64,000 bases of DNA from NCBI GenBank assembly GCA_905178155.1, contig CAJINV010000011.1, positions 1,385,216 through 1,449,215 on the forward strand. Direction: 5' to 3'. Positions 34,401 to 45,339 of this stretch are shown piece after piece. Positions within the stretch are counted from its first letter, which is position 1; the number at the start of each line of letters is the position of its first letter. Source of the stretch: Amoebophrya sp. A120 (Eukaryota; Protista; Dinoflagellata). The position numbers and the translations under genes are program-made. A model generated the notes under the pieces. It was not told the origin of the DNA. It made no database searches and saw only the letters and a program-made list of their open reading frames with translations.

Positions 34401-34862
34401 ACAGCATGACAGATCTGGCTTTCTACCTAATTCCCCATGACAGGTTTCGTTCTTCCTTCGTTCTGAAAAAATTTGTGATGCAGCTTATTCCACTAGTACG
34501 ATATTTTTGCAATGCATAAGAAGCAGTTGGGCACCCTGCGGATCAAGTACCTACAGGACGCTCTTGACAAACTCCCGGGTGGAAAAGGCGGGTTTTACGA
34601 GAAGCTCCGTCCCTGGTTTTTGGCCTCCACCAACACGGACAAGGCGGATGCCCTGATCGCCCAGCAGAGTGCGCCCCTGCTCTCGGCCAGTCAGAAGAGA
34701 GCCAAAGAAGCAGAGCTGGCGAGGAGCAGTGGTTCTTCGGCTTCCACCTCCACCTCGGGCTCCGCTTCTGATCCGAGCGTCGGGCAAGGACAAGAGCCAA
34801 GAAAAGTGCTCGCGGAAAAGACGAAGGATGTAGCTGCTCCGGGAGCCAAACCTTTGCCGTAG
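31442..34862 (+). CDS. Hypothetical protein; 5 exons (introners 32377, 33917, 34356; GT-AG intron 33611-33774)
   Basis: Frames join as STSSG-TARK, PLVTV-LFEEDLL, KFVK-QLTEE and ADRK-QLGTL; stop at 34862. Confidence 0.75.
32377..32539. mobile_element. Introner (family A)
   Basis: tatgaactgcaaaagtatcg...cgatacttttgcacaggata; DR tctgg; 168-nt removal is in frame. Confidence 0.92.
33917..34183. mobile_element. Introner (family B)
   Basis: tatcaaatgcaaaaatgtctgggtctggaag...cttccagacccagacacttttgcatttgata; DR gaagc; 272-nt removal is in frame. Confidence 0.93.
34356..34518. mobile_element. Introner (family A, reverse orientation)
   Basis: tatcatctgcaaaagtatcgtact...agtacgatatttttgcaatgcata; DR ggaag/agaag; 168-nt removal is in frame. 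Confidence 0.9.
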
Positions 34863-37238
34863 GAGGCACGAAACGCCTCCGAAAATTTCTGGTGGCGGCG
34901 TGGTGTGAACAGAACATCATCAGCGGGAGGTGGATGAACGATGGTGCTGCTAAAAAACAACAGCGAGCGGTGGGTGCTGAACCTGCGGAGTTGCTCACTT
35001 CTCTTCTTTTTGAGAGAATCTTTTTGTCAACGACAATTGAAAAAATAATGAAGCAAACAACATGTACGTCTTTGTCTTTCAAGTAGATCAAACGTCACTA
35101 CGGTTATGGGTAAGTAGCCATCGATTGGCGAATCGGGCAACTCTGTGATACGAAACGCCACAGGTGGCGCCCCTGCTTCTATTCTCCGAAATTGCGCTAG
35201 TACAATATGTAAACCAACGACATTTTGCTTTCTTCTTGAGCGCCAGTACGCTCGTAGTAATACATGAACAAAATTTTGCTACTAAGGTGAAAATAATGCG
35301 AGACATCGTGAAAAATATGTTGCAAGAATGTATCAGCCAGAACCGTTCTGATTTTTCACTGACACGCCAATCCTTTGCGAGTTGCCTGCGGGTGCAGAAG
35401 CGTCGGAGTTAAAAAAACGAAAATCTTGCTGTAGCGGCAGGTTGTATAAGGAAAAACTAGTACTAGCACACTTGTAGGTCATGTTGAGAATATTCTGACG
35501 TGATGAAGCTATACCAACACTTTTTTGCAAACTGCTATCCAACTGTAATGTAACCATACACTCAAATGAATATTCGCATTAGAAGTCGTGGGCTGGGAAA
35601 GAAATATAAATCAGACAGTAGCAGGCCACCCTTGTAGCGTCTTTGCGGTGCTGCTGCCTCACCACGAGCACGGTTCTCAGCGATCCTCGCGCAGCTGCAA
35701 AATGCCACTTCAATAATGCCCTTTTGTGCGATATCGAAACACACGACAGATGAATTTCGGGACATGTGGTTGTCTTTCGTTCCTTTGCTCGTTTTGTTGG
35801 ATGATAAACATAAAGCCGCTGGAGCAAGAAATAACGCCCTGCTGCTCGTCGGGCGACCAGAACCAGAAGATGTGTGAGGGAACCGCGTTTGATAATTTTT
35901 TAGGCGATATTGTTCTTTTTCACAGCAACGGGTCCTTAACGGCTAGACAGGGCTTTGCTTTCGAAAAGTCGCAACAACTGTTGCGACATCGGTCCCGAGT
36001 GTGAAGATTTTCAGCTTGTCGGTAGTTGTCTCGTTTCGTCGTGCGACGTAAACGTATATCGCGGTCGGTTTTGTCGTGGTTCGATTGTAAGAGGAGCTAA
36101 GTCTTCGGTTTTGTGTCGTCCGCCCTGAATGCAAATACAGCTGATCGTGTATATTTTGGTCGCGTATGAAATCCAACCTGATGCGCCGCTTATGAATTTC
36201 GTTTAATTGCGAAGCATCCTTTTATCTCTCGGTACAACTACAGTAACCGCGCTACGAAAATCGGCGCCCGACGTCGTGCTACAGCAAGTGCAGTCGTTGT
36301 TAAGTATGATGTTTAGGTGTACTTCAATGAGGTGGCTTCTTTTTTTTCACTGCTATCGGTCGACGTGCAAGCAAAAGCGTAAAGTATTTATCAAGCGAAT
36401 GCAAAATTTCGGTATTTTTTGCCTGTTCGCGGCGATGTAGCAAGTGTGGTCGTGGTCGTGCTTCTTGTCCTGCAACGAACCTGCTACTCGGTAACTACAT
36501 ACCGTATGTTGCATGGTTTGTAAACATGTAAAAGTAAATCTCCGACGCAAACGTAATATTAACGTTTCTCCTGATTGTTCTTTCACCCACACAGAACCTC
36601 TCCTGATGTGTCGTGAGTGAGGTTGTTACGTAATGGGTACAATATTATCAATCTTCATATAACAGAAAGAATGCATTCGTTTTCTCATCTTGTTGACGTA
36701 GAGGAGTAGAATCATTTTCATCATGCGTTTCTAGTTTGTCTCTGTCTCATTAACCCGGTTTATTTTTTCTCGAAGGACATCAGCGAAAAATCGCGTAGTT
36801 CTCGTGGACTCTGCTTCCGCTACTTAACTCACTCCACGCTTCTCTTCACCAGGCAAAATGACACTACCGAGAAACGGACGAGCCGTCGTGGGAGCGCTGA
36901 CCGCATTTTTTTCTTCAAGTTCTTCCCTTGACGGTATCGGAAGGAAAAGTCTGAGTGATGTTTTGCGGACGAAACTACTGCTAGGTATATAGAAAAAAAT
37001 ACACCAATGGTCGTGGGTTTCCGTAGAGGACGACGCTCACGTGATTTATAATGGTGCGATGCTCATGCAATCGCAAACAGCAACAGGACGCCACAAAAGA
37101 TAGAAGCGGGTCAGTCCAGATTCAGATAGAAAGAGAATAGAGGTGATTGCCTAAGCCTATGTATACTGTCTCTAAACATGGTTATGGCGAGGTGGGCAGC
37201 TGCATCCATAACCATATTCATTCGAAATTTTTGTTCTG

Positions 37239-38803
37239 ATGTTACATAGGCCTGCAACCACAAGCAGCGCCAGTCCTCAAGAGGTCACTCAGTTCCCTTC
37301 CATAGAACGGAAAGGCCCTGGATCTTCTGCAAGCGGCGCGCACCATTTCCAGCTTTTCGTTGTGGCCGTAGAAGAAACGAAGATGAAGACCACGAAGACC
37401 AAGTGCAGCGACGACAAAGATGAGAAAAACAAAAAATCCAAGAAGAAAAGCAAAAAAGACGAAAAGGATGACGAGGACGAAAAAAACAAAAAACACGACA
37501 AAAGCCTCGGATGCATCGACTGTGAGAACGAAGACGACGAGGAGGGAAGTGGATCGAGCCCATGGAGGTATTGCAATAATTTCGGTCCTATGCATTTTTG
37601 CAAAAGTATCTATCGTACTAGTAGTGATTGCATCTTCACAAATTCTGGCAAGAAGAACACGTAAGATTTGTAAATGTAATGCTGATGTATAGATAGGAGA
37701 TCTTTCTTGCATGAGTGACTGCAAGATTAACAATAAGTACGAATCCGACACTTTTGCAAAGCATATGCCCTCCCGGCTGGTCCGAAAACGAGTGGCGCGG
37801 CGATGGCACTCAAGACGCCAAGAACGAATGGTGCGCACAGGAGCTATGTCTAGTGCAAACATGTGGTTTGGGTCCGGAACGTTTTTGCGGACGTTTAGAC
37901 TTATAATCTATGCAGCTTAAGCGTTTGCATGAGCATGACTCAGGAGGCTTGCAAGGCCGCCTCAGCATCTTCACCAGGAAGAAGTTTTCAGGACACGACT
38001 CGTCCATGCCTACTATCCTGCATGCGAAATCGGCCATTGTAGTTCCGGCGACCAGCAAAACTGGGTACAACTAGCTTTTGGTGCTCTTGCACCACAGAAG
38101 ATTTCTCTGTCCTAGAGATCAGCTAGCATCCGATTCCGAGATTCGCACTCTACTACTTTCAGACCCAGACACTGTATTTGCAATGGATATGAGGTGAATG
38201 GAAGCAAAGACGCTAATGTGAGATGGCGGAAAAATTCACCCACGAAACTGAAAGTCGAGGAGACGCTTCTCGACTCGAAAGTCAAAAACGCTTGCTGTCA
38301 AGAGGGTGGGCGCTGGAGCTCGAAGAATAAAAATAACAATAGCATTGATCCGCAAAGATCTTCGACTTCGACGAAGGTGCTGGCAATCGAAGATCGGAAA
38401 ACCTCGGAAGCCTTCCTGTATGTTACAGAAAAGTACTTACACCCATATCGGAAAAAATTGAGTCTGTTGTGCGGATTTTTGTTTCACACACATGGTCTTT
38501 GTCTTTCTGGCTGTTCAACATGACAAACTTTTTCTAAACTGCATAATCCAAGCTTTTTCTGAACTGCATGACAATCTCTTTCTGTAAGTAATTACTGAAC
38601 TGCATAAAAGAAACTTCATCCAGCTGCAGCTGCATGAGAGAAATAGTAGACTTCCATGTTTCTCGTGGTCTCCCCATGACAGAGTTTTCCGTTTCTATGG
38701 GTGTACTTTTCTGTAGAGTATCCTCGAAAAAGCAAAAGCCAGTGAAGATGACTCGGCCTTTCTGGAAGTGAAAGGAGGACGCTGGGCAGTATCTCTCCCG
38801 TGA
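37239..38803 (+). CDS. Cys-rich protein (secreted-family paralog 1); 4 exons split by 3 introners; start uncertain
   Basis: K/D-rich tract, then GCIDC...YCNNF-PPGW...WCAQE-NGSK...KNACCQ...EAFL-EKAKASEDDSAFLEVKGGRWAVSLP*. Confidence 0.65.
37589..37765. mobile_element. Introner (family A, older)
   Basis: tatgcatttttgcaaaagt...acttttgcaaagcata; DR ggtcc/tgccc; 182-nt removal is in frame. Confidence 0.8.
37845..38189. mobile_element. Introner (family B, degenerate)
   Basis: tatgtctagtgcaaacatgtggtttgggtccggaa...ttcagacccagacactgtatttgcaatggata; DR ggagc/tgagg; 350-nt removal is in frame. Confidence 0.75.
38419..38720. mobile_element. Introner
   Basis: tatgttacagaaaagtac...acccata / tatgggtgtacttttctgtagagta; DR tcctg/tcctc; 307-nt removal is in frame. 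Confidence 0.85.
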
Positions 38804-40390
38804 AGAAACTGAAGATGATTTTTGATTCTTTTCATGAATTTGATTTTGCCTATTGTCTCAAATTCTCTTTTTTATATTTGCAACGCATTTCTATTTCTGT
38901 TGTATTCTTGTCTTCTTCACGCTTGTCTTCACTTCAATTTTCAGTTTGCACACACTGAGGACGAGGAAAGTCATCAAATTGAAATTCGTCCTGTGCAGAA
39001 AAGAAGAATCGCAAAGAAGAAATTCTCCAACATCATCAGTGAGTGAAGGGCCGATTCACCGCGTCACTATGAAATTTTTTATCTGAGTTAATTCATCTCC
39101 GTAGCTTCACGATACCTCCACAACTTCAGTATTGCATTTATTTTGCATTTCCGTTTTGATTTTTCATTTTCGTAGAGTATTGATTTGATTTCAACGTAAT
39201 AAAATGACTCTGCTTGTTATTGTTGTAACCTTACCACGCATGCCAATTATATCATTTCATTTGACAAAGGTCGCTTTATTGCATTCTGATTCTTTCACCT
39301 TCACACAGAGGTAGCACAAGAGATGCCGCGTGCTACATGATGAACCATCATCCTTACGACCGACCCCTGATTCGTCTGTAGTATAAAATAGGTCTAACTC
39401 TAAATACCTCGGTAGTAAAATAAGCTACGCATCGTTGACCTCGCTGAGCAGGCGGTTTGTTAACGCGTGTCGATAGTACCCGGCGGAAGATTGAGATGCA
39501 TTCGGTAGATTCTTTCTGCGCATCGGTTTTCGGTTTATTTTGCCGCGTGCAATGTAAATGCTCCTCGGTCCATCGTTTTACAGCTCTGTCTCCTCTTCAA
39601 CTGGAAGTAGGAGAGGTAGAACTGTCGATAATTAATTTTGAAGTTGTCGGTTCAGATTGGTTCGGCATAACCCGTCCAGCGCCGTCTAATCGGTTATTTT
39701 GCAAATAATTGTCGTCGGTAAATTGTCGTCGGTGGTCGTGGTCGATAGACAAAATATTCTGATAATTTCTTCCTCGACTTCTAATAATAATCCATCGGTT
39801 CTTCGTTGGGTTGCATTCGGTTTAATTTCCAGTCGTTTTTCCTCCTTGACCTTTATCATTTTCTGTTCGTCTTCGCATCATCTATCAAAGTCTGTACTTC
39901 ATCCGCATCAAGATCCGTTTCCCTTCCCTTGCAGGACCCATCATCTCGCACTACATCACAAAATTACACAAGGACCCGTCGTGATGTTGGCTCCACAACT
40001 TCCATCTCAAACTCAATCACTTATTATTTCCTCGTTTTGTTCATTTTTTTTGCATCATATTGCACCCGATGACTTACTTTTTCAAGTTGTTAGAGTATGC
40101 CTAAGCATGTCTTAAATTTCATCAAAATATGCCTGCGCAAGAACCTGTTCTAAATTACATCTCATCCCTTCGTTCAAGTCGGAGTAGTGGCAGGGTCGTG
40201 GTTCATCTCCTCCAGAGAGTCCAACCCCTCTTCCCCGTGAGAACTGAGAAGAGAGAAGAAATAGAGTAGTCGTATTAAGAGCATCAGCATCTTCAAAACC
40301 AGGTCCAGGCACCGAGGAAGTACGGACGCGCCGGCCGGACAACAGCGCAATCAGCAGCAGGTAGAACAATACCCCACTGCAGTACAACAG

Positions 40391-41571
40391 ATGGTTCTGA
40401 CAACGCGGCACTGTAGAGGACTCTCCACTTGTACTTTCGACATGAGCGGCGCCCATGATGGAGGGATATCAAGAATCGCCGGCGCAAGAAATAAGATGCT
40501 GATGCTTCTGGTTGTGAGGTTGTTCCTGCAGTGTACAACAATTTTGCTCCTGCTCGAGCATGGTACCGTATTGGCGCTGAAACACACGGAGAAAAACATG
40601 CACGAAAGGACCGGCTTAGCCACTGCGACTGCTACTACGAAAACATCCGAATCGGAAGCCACCTCCACCGCGGAATCAGAATCCCACTCCGAATCTGCCA
40701 AAACCACAGAGGCTGAGGCTGAATCGGAATCCCACTCCGAATCTGCCAAAACCACGGAGGCTGAGGCTGAGGCGGCCAAGAAGGTGGGTTTATCCCAGAA
40801 CCAAGCTACACACCAGACGGGTGCCCACACCGGCGTCTCTGACTCGGTCCTCTCCTGCGGGGCTTGCTTGGGGCGTAAGGCCTCGTGCGCCGAAATTTCC
40901 GAGCAAGGCGGGAGCGATTTGTCGGAGGAGCACCGGAACCTGCTCTGTAGCAAAAATTACGGCGACAATGCCGTCTGGAATGACAAAAAGACGGTCGAGT
41001 TGACCGAACTGGACGACTTGATCGGGACAATATCCGAGTGCACAAGAACTGCTCTCCCCCTCGTCCCCCTCATTTTTTGCAATGCAAAATAGATACCAAT
41101 GCGTCCAAATCTGGTCGTGCCTCTAAGCGCAGTCTGCATGGCGACAAATTTTGGAGCCTCTGCCCCTTCAAACAGTTCTACAGAATTCGCGTGTAGTAGA
41201 TAAGATTTGTCATACGAGAGCCACCTAGTTTCTGGTGTCGCTGGTTGTGTTGCTACTCATCGGCCATTCAAATGAGGGGGAGCAGGCGGGGGCGGACTTG
41301 TGCACTGTCATAGAGAGTGAAAAAGAAAGACTATCGAGCACTCGCGAAGGCTTGCTGCTCGGCCACGGCGGCGGCCTCTTCTTCATCCTCGTCGTTTATG
41401 CATTGTAGAAAAGGATTAGGATTGTCACGCACAGTCACAGGGTCGAAATTGTACTTGTACCGTAGGGAAAAACTAGAGGTTGTTGACCAACAGACCTCCG
41501 AAAAATGCAGAAGCAGTCAAGAAGTAGTACTCAATGTTCTCTACTTTCACCGGCCAGGGAGTATGATATGA
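40391..41571 (+). CDS. Cys-rich secreted protein (paralog 2); ends uncertain
   Basis: Signal-like MLLVVRLFLQCTTILLLLEHGTVLA, a T/E/S-rich repeat, then SCGAC...SCAE...LLCS...-KKKDYRALAKACCS...SSSF. Joined by introner 41031-41312. Confidence 0.65.
40673..40768 (+). repeat. 2 x 48-bp coding tandem repeat (ESESHSESAKTTEAEA)
   Basis: Two near-identical adjacent copies. Confidence 0.9.
41031..41312. mobile_element. Introner (family D, agtgcacaa TIR)
   Basis: tatccgagtgcacaag...ccccctcattt / aaatgaggggg...cttgtgcactgtcata; DR gacaa/gagag; 287-nt removal is in frame. Confidence 0.8.
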
Positions 41572-42230
41572 AAGCACCCACGTGGACGGGTTGGGAGATA
41601 ATCACGATGAAACTTCTATAAATCTAGCATGTAAAAGTTGATGTCTTCTACTTCCTTATCCTTGTAGTTGCGAGGTTGATATGGCTACCTGAATTGATTT
41701 TTTTCTCTCGTGACAGCGACCCTGGTGATATGATGACAATGCGTTGATTTTCGTGGTGCATAGATTCCTCCAGCAGTTCGTCGTTTCTCGAGAACCAGCA
41801 GGCGGTCACGAAGCAGGAGGTGAACAGGAAGCTATGAGAATGAAAAGCGTGTCCCATCTACGTCCCATACAGCGAAATGAAATTGTTTGTGATGCAAATG
41901 AGTCTCCACGACGTTTTGAAGATGCATGAAGACTTTGCTCTCGTCGCCTTACATAGAAGGAAAAATGCGTCGAGGACGCGTTTTTTCTATTTTCTCGTGG
42001 TCGTGAAGATGCCGTTGCCGTTCGGGCGTACTTAGGCATACTAGGTTCTACCAGCTCATCCCACATCAATGACAAATGTTCTTGCCTTTACAAGTGTGAA
42101 GCGGGAGCCCACCAACGAACAACACGGTAAATTCTTCCTCTACATTTGAAAAAAGGGATTTGCATTTGTGCTGAGCATTTTGAATTTCGATTCCGGGGAA
42201 GGTGGGGCGCTTTTGTTCCTTTCGATACTA

Positions 42231-42492
42231 TATCAGATGCAAAAATGTCTGGGTCTGGAAGAGTGCGCCACTTGTCATGCAGCTTTTCCATGACCCATGA
42301 GGCTTGGAATGCAGGACCCAGCATGACAGATTCTGTGCGATCTCTCTCATGCCTGTCCTGCATGAGAAACTCCCTCCCGACTTGGTCAAAACTGGACGAC
42401 TCTTGGTAATCATGCAACACAGATTTTTGCATGCTTCAGATTTTGCATGACAAGTTGCATTCTTCCAGACCCAGACACTTTTACATTTGATA
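42231..42492. mobile_element. Introner (family B); host gene unresolved
   Basis: tatcagatgcaaaaatgtctgggtctggaag...cttccagacccagacacttttacatttgata; perfect DR tacta. Confidence 0.9.
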
Positions 42493-42557
42493 TACTACCA
42501 GCAGGAGAGTTACAACCACGAGAAGCCGGCGGAGTTTCTGCATTGCTGCTAGGACTA

Positions 42558-43332
42558 TACAAGTGCACAACTCCCCCTCCCCCTCGAAATATTAGTATTT
42601 GAATATTTATTTGGTTACCAAATAGCGCGCTTCTATGTCACCAAATAATGCGCTTGTATGTCATCAAATCGCGCACATTTCGACCCCAAATGCGGAGCGT
42701 TTGCGTTGCTTTTTGTGCGACCAAAAGCGTCGCAAAAGTTTGCACTCTCTCGCTATGCTGTGAAAGCTAATCGCGATGGTTTAGGCTCGCTCTCCCTCAC
42801 CAAAGCTGTCCACTTCCCCTCATGAGGGGGAGTGGGCCCATAGCATCGCGATTAGCGATCAAAGAGTAATATTTTTTGAGCTCATTTCCGAGGTCCCTAA
42901 AAAGTCCCTGATTTGACGACGCAAAGCCTCATGATTTGGCGAGCATTTGCCAGATGAAGTTTGGCAACTTATCAAGTTACACGCAGAAGAACGCCCGGCC
43001 TTCTCTTTTGGTTGCTGCCGTTTCCTTGTTCATTCCTGACGCAGTCATCTGGCCCCGATTTCTGCGCCAGATGTGCGGAGATCACAGGCCTCGTCCTCGA
43101 CTCGACCGGTCAAAGGCGTGAAGGCGCTCCGGAAGCGCGGGCTTTTGCTTCGCGTTTGCTGCCACCAAACGCAACATAATCGCTGCGAGCTTGGAGGCGA
43201 AATGTGCGCGATTTGATGACACAAAAGCGCATCACTTGGCAACATACAAACGCATTATTTGGTAACCAAAAAAAATTTGATATATTATGAAATAGTAATA
43301 TTTTGAGGGGGAGGGGGAGTTGTGCACTGTTA
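42558..43332. mobile_element. 775-bp non-autonomous TIR element (family D-like ends) flanked by a 65-bp duplication
   Basis: TIR agtgcacaactccccctccccctcgaaatatta / taatattttgagggggagggggagttgtgcact, with further inverted blocks (tcatcaaatcgcgcacatttcg). Flanks 42493-42557 and 43333-43397 match at 61/65. Confidence 0.9.
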
Positions 43333-44890
43333 TACTACCAGACGGAGAGTTACAACCACGAGAAGCCGGCGGAGTTTCTGCATTGCTGCTAGTACGACGA
43401 CGGTGTCCGAAGAATGTGGAGTCTGGGGGGTGAGCACGAAAATAAGAAGACCAATATCGAAGCTGCGCGATACTACCACCAGCACCACTTCCACAGATTA
43501 TTTGTACCTGTCTTGAGACGTCGGCCTCATCCACATTATTTACTTTTTTGTTTTCTTTTTACCTTTAATTTTGTTTTCATAGCATGTTTACATAACCACC
43601 TTAACCAGTCCTTTAACTTGAATATTTTGCACCATTTCAACATTCACATTTCAAACTAGAAGTACCGCAATTCTTAAACGTTTTGGCATCAAAGAAAAGA
43701 AATACTGAGAACTGTAGTAGAATGCCGATAAAATTAAAATACACCGACCACGTAAGTAAAGAACAACCAGAACAGAAGCACTAGTAAAGAGTTTCGTGAA
43801 CAAGTTGTGCAGACGAGGGGTAACAATTTCTTTCTGCACGCAGGAGCGCGACAACAAGAAGTACTACACTATTTTATTCGCCCAGAGAAGAACGAGAGGG
43901 CTTCTTTTCTGCAAAAGGAAATGCGTGCCCGTGCGAGCCTCTTGCGGGTGCGGCGTCGCGCGGTGGTGCTCGTGTCGGTTGCATTTGATACTGTAACTTT
44001 CGGAAGTGCAGCACCTGTTCCACCACACCCTCTGAAAGTAAGACGTTTTCCGAAAAACGACCTCAGATCGCGGCGGGCGAACGAGAAGATGAAAAGATTA
44101 CATCGTTGGCACATGATAGAATTGCAAAATAAAACGTTTGATGTGCTGTCGTCCATTCGGTTTCGCTGTATGAGCATATTCTTACCACCTGGTAGGGTTT
44201 TTCGGTTTGCTTTTTTTTGTTTTTTGTTTTTCGGTTGTCAGTATTTCGTTCAAGAAGTGCACCTGGATTCGGTTACGCCTCATAAGTCGTGATAGAGATG
44301 AATAAATCGGGACCGGCCTGCGATCGTCTAGACGACGTGGAAGACGACCACGTAAAAATACGGAGCCGCCGCGTTTGTGTAGCTCTATCAAAACACTAAA
44401 ACACACATCAACAAAGCATCACATGAATACACACATCAAAACACACAAAAGGACCCTTCTCGCCCGATTGCTTTTTGATGAAGCTTTAACTTGTAATATT
44501 ATCTTTCAAAGAACAAGCCATGCATTTTTTACGCCTAATATAGATGGGAAGACCCAAGAAATTGAAAAAAGAACCTGCATCTTCTCAAAGTAATTGCAAG
44601 AACCTACAGATGAACAAGAAGTGTCTGGATAGTCTACAACTATAATTAACGGTAATTATCTGGTCGTGCTCCTTATTCTCGTCGTCATTGCATCTCCGAA
44701 GAAAAGACTAAAATTTTCCTGATAACACGTCCCTTCACTGTACTGCCTGGCTCAGCCAGCACGAAGAAGGCAAAGCTTTTGCCGAAAACGCCGCAAGTAT
44801 CAGCCCCATGCTGCGACGAAAGGCAGGAGCTGCGCAGTGGTTGTTGCTGGGATCATGGTCCGGTTCTGTTTTCGGGGTGGGTGGCATCGG

Positions 44891-45209
44891 TATGAAAAGT
44901 AGAGTGCACAACTTCATCCCCACGTCGTGCCCTCAGTTGCATATTACTAATGGCTCTTTTCACAGCAAAAACAAAAGTGCCAGTAATGGTAAAGATGCAG
45001 GAGCTCCAGATGTGGTCGTGCGACAAAAAATTGCGACAAGAAGTACTTATTCTGTTATTTCGGAATTATTTTCCGGATCGCCCCCCTGCTCCTGTCAAGC
45101 GAGCAGAGCCAAGAGCAGCGAGAAGAAAAAGTGTGACAATTTGATATTTATGTGCATGACGAAGGTTGAGGGGAAGTACAAGTAGAGGGAATTTTTGTGC
45201 ACTCCGATA
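44891..45209. mobile_element. Introner (family D), DR lost; could splice as GT-AG
   Basis: gagtgcacaa...ttgtgcactccgata ends; 324-nt removal is in frame. GT at 44890 and AGs ending at 45210/45213/45216 are also in frame. Confidence 0.65.
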
Positions 45210-45339
45210 GAAGAAGCGGTGGACCACAGCACCAACTCGAACAAGGCACCTCGTCTCGTTCTTTATGATCCAAATAGGAAGGGTCGTGATTCTATGGGTG
45301 GCGATTCCTGTCCTGTAAGGCGCTCTCAAACTCGTTAAG

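Noticed and set aside
34900-37200. Short ORFs in AT-richer intergenic stretches (also 38.8-40.3, 43.4-44.7, 59.2-62.9 kb) and minus-strand shadow ORFs over genes
   Set aside because: No motifs or host-like composition; consistent with chance ORFs or antisense shadows of GC-rich exons.
41397-41681. Degenerate introner that would give paralog 2 a hydrophobic GPI-like tail (PELIFSLVTATLVI*)
   Set aside because: Only a weak inverted match (aaggattagga / tccttatcctt) and an imperfect DR (tcgtt/tggct); not supportable without cDNA.
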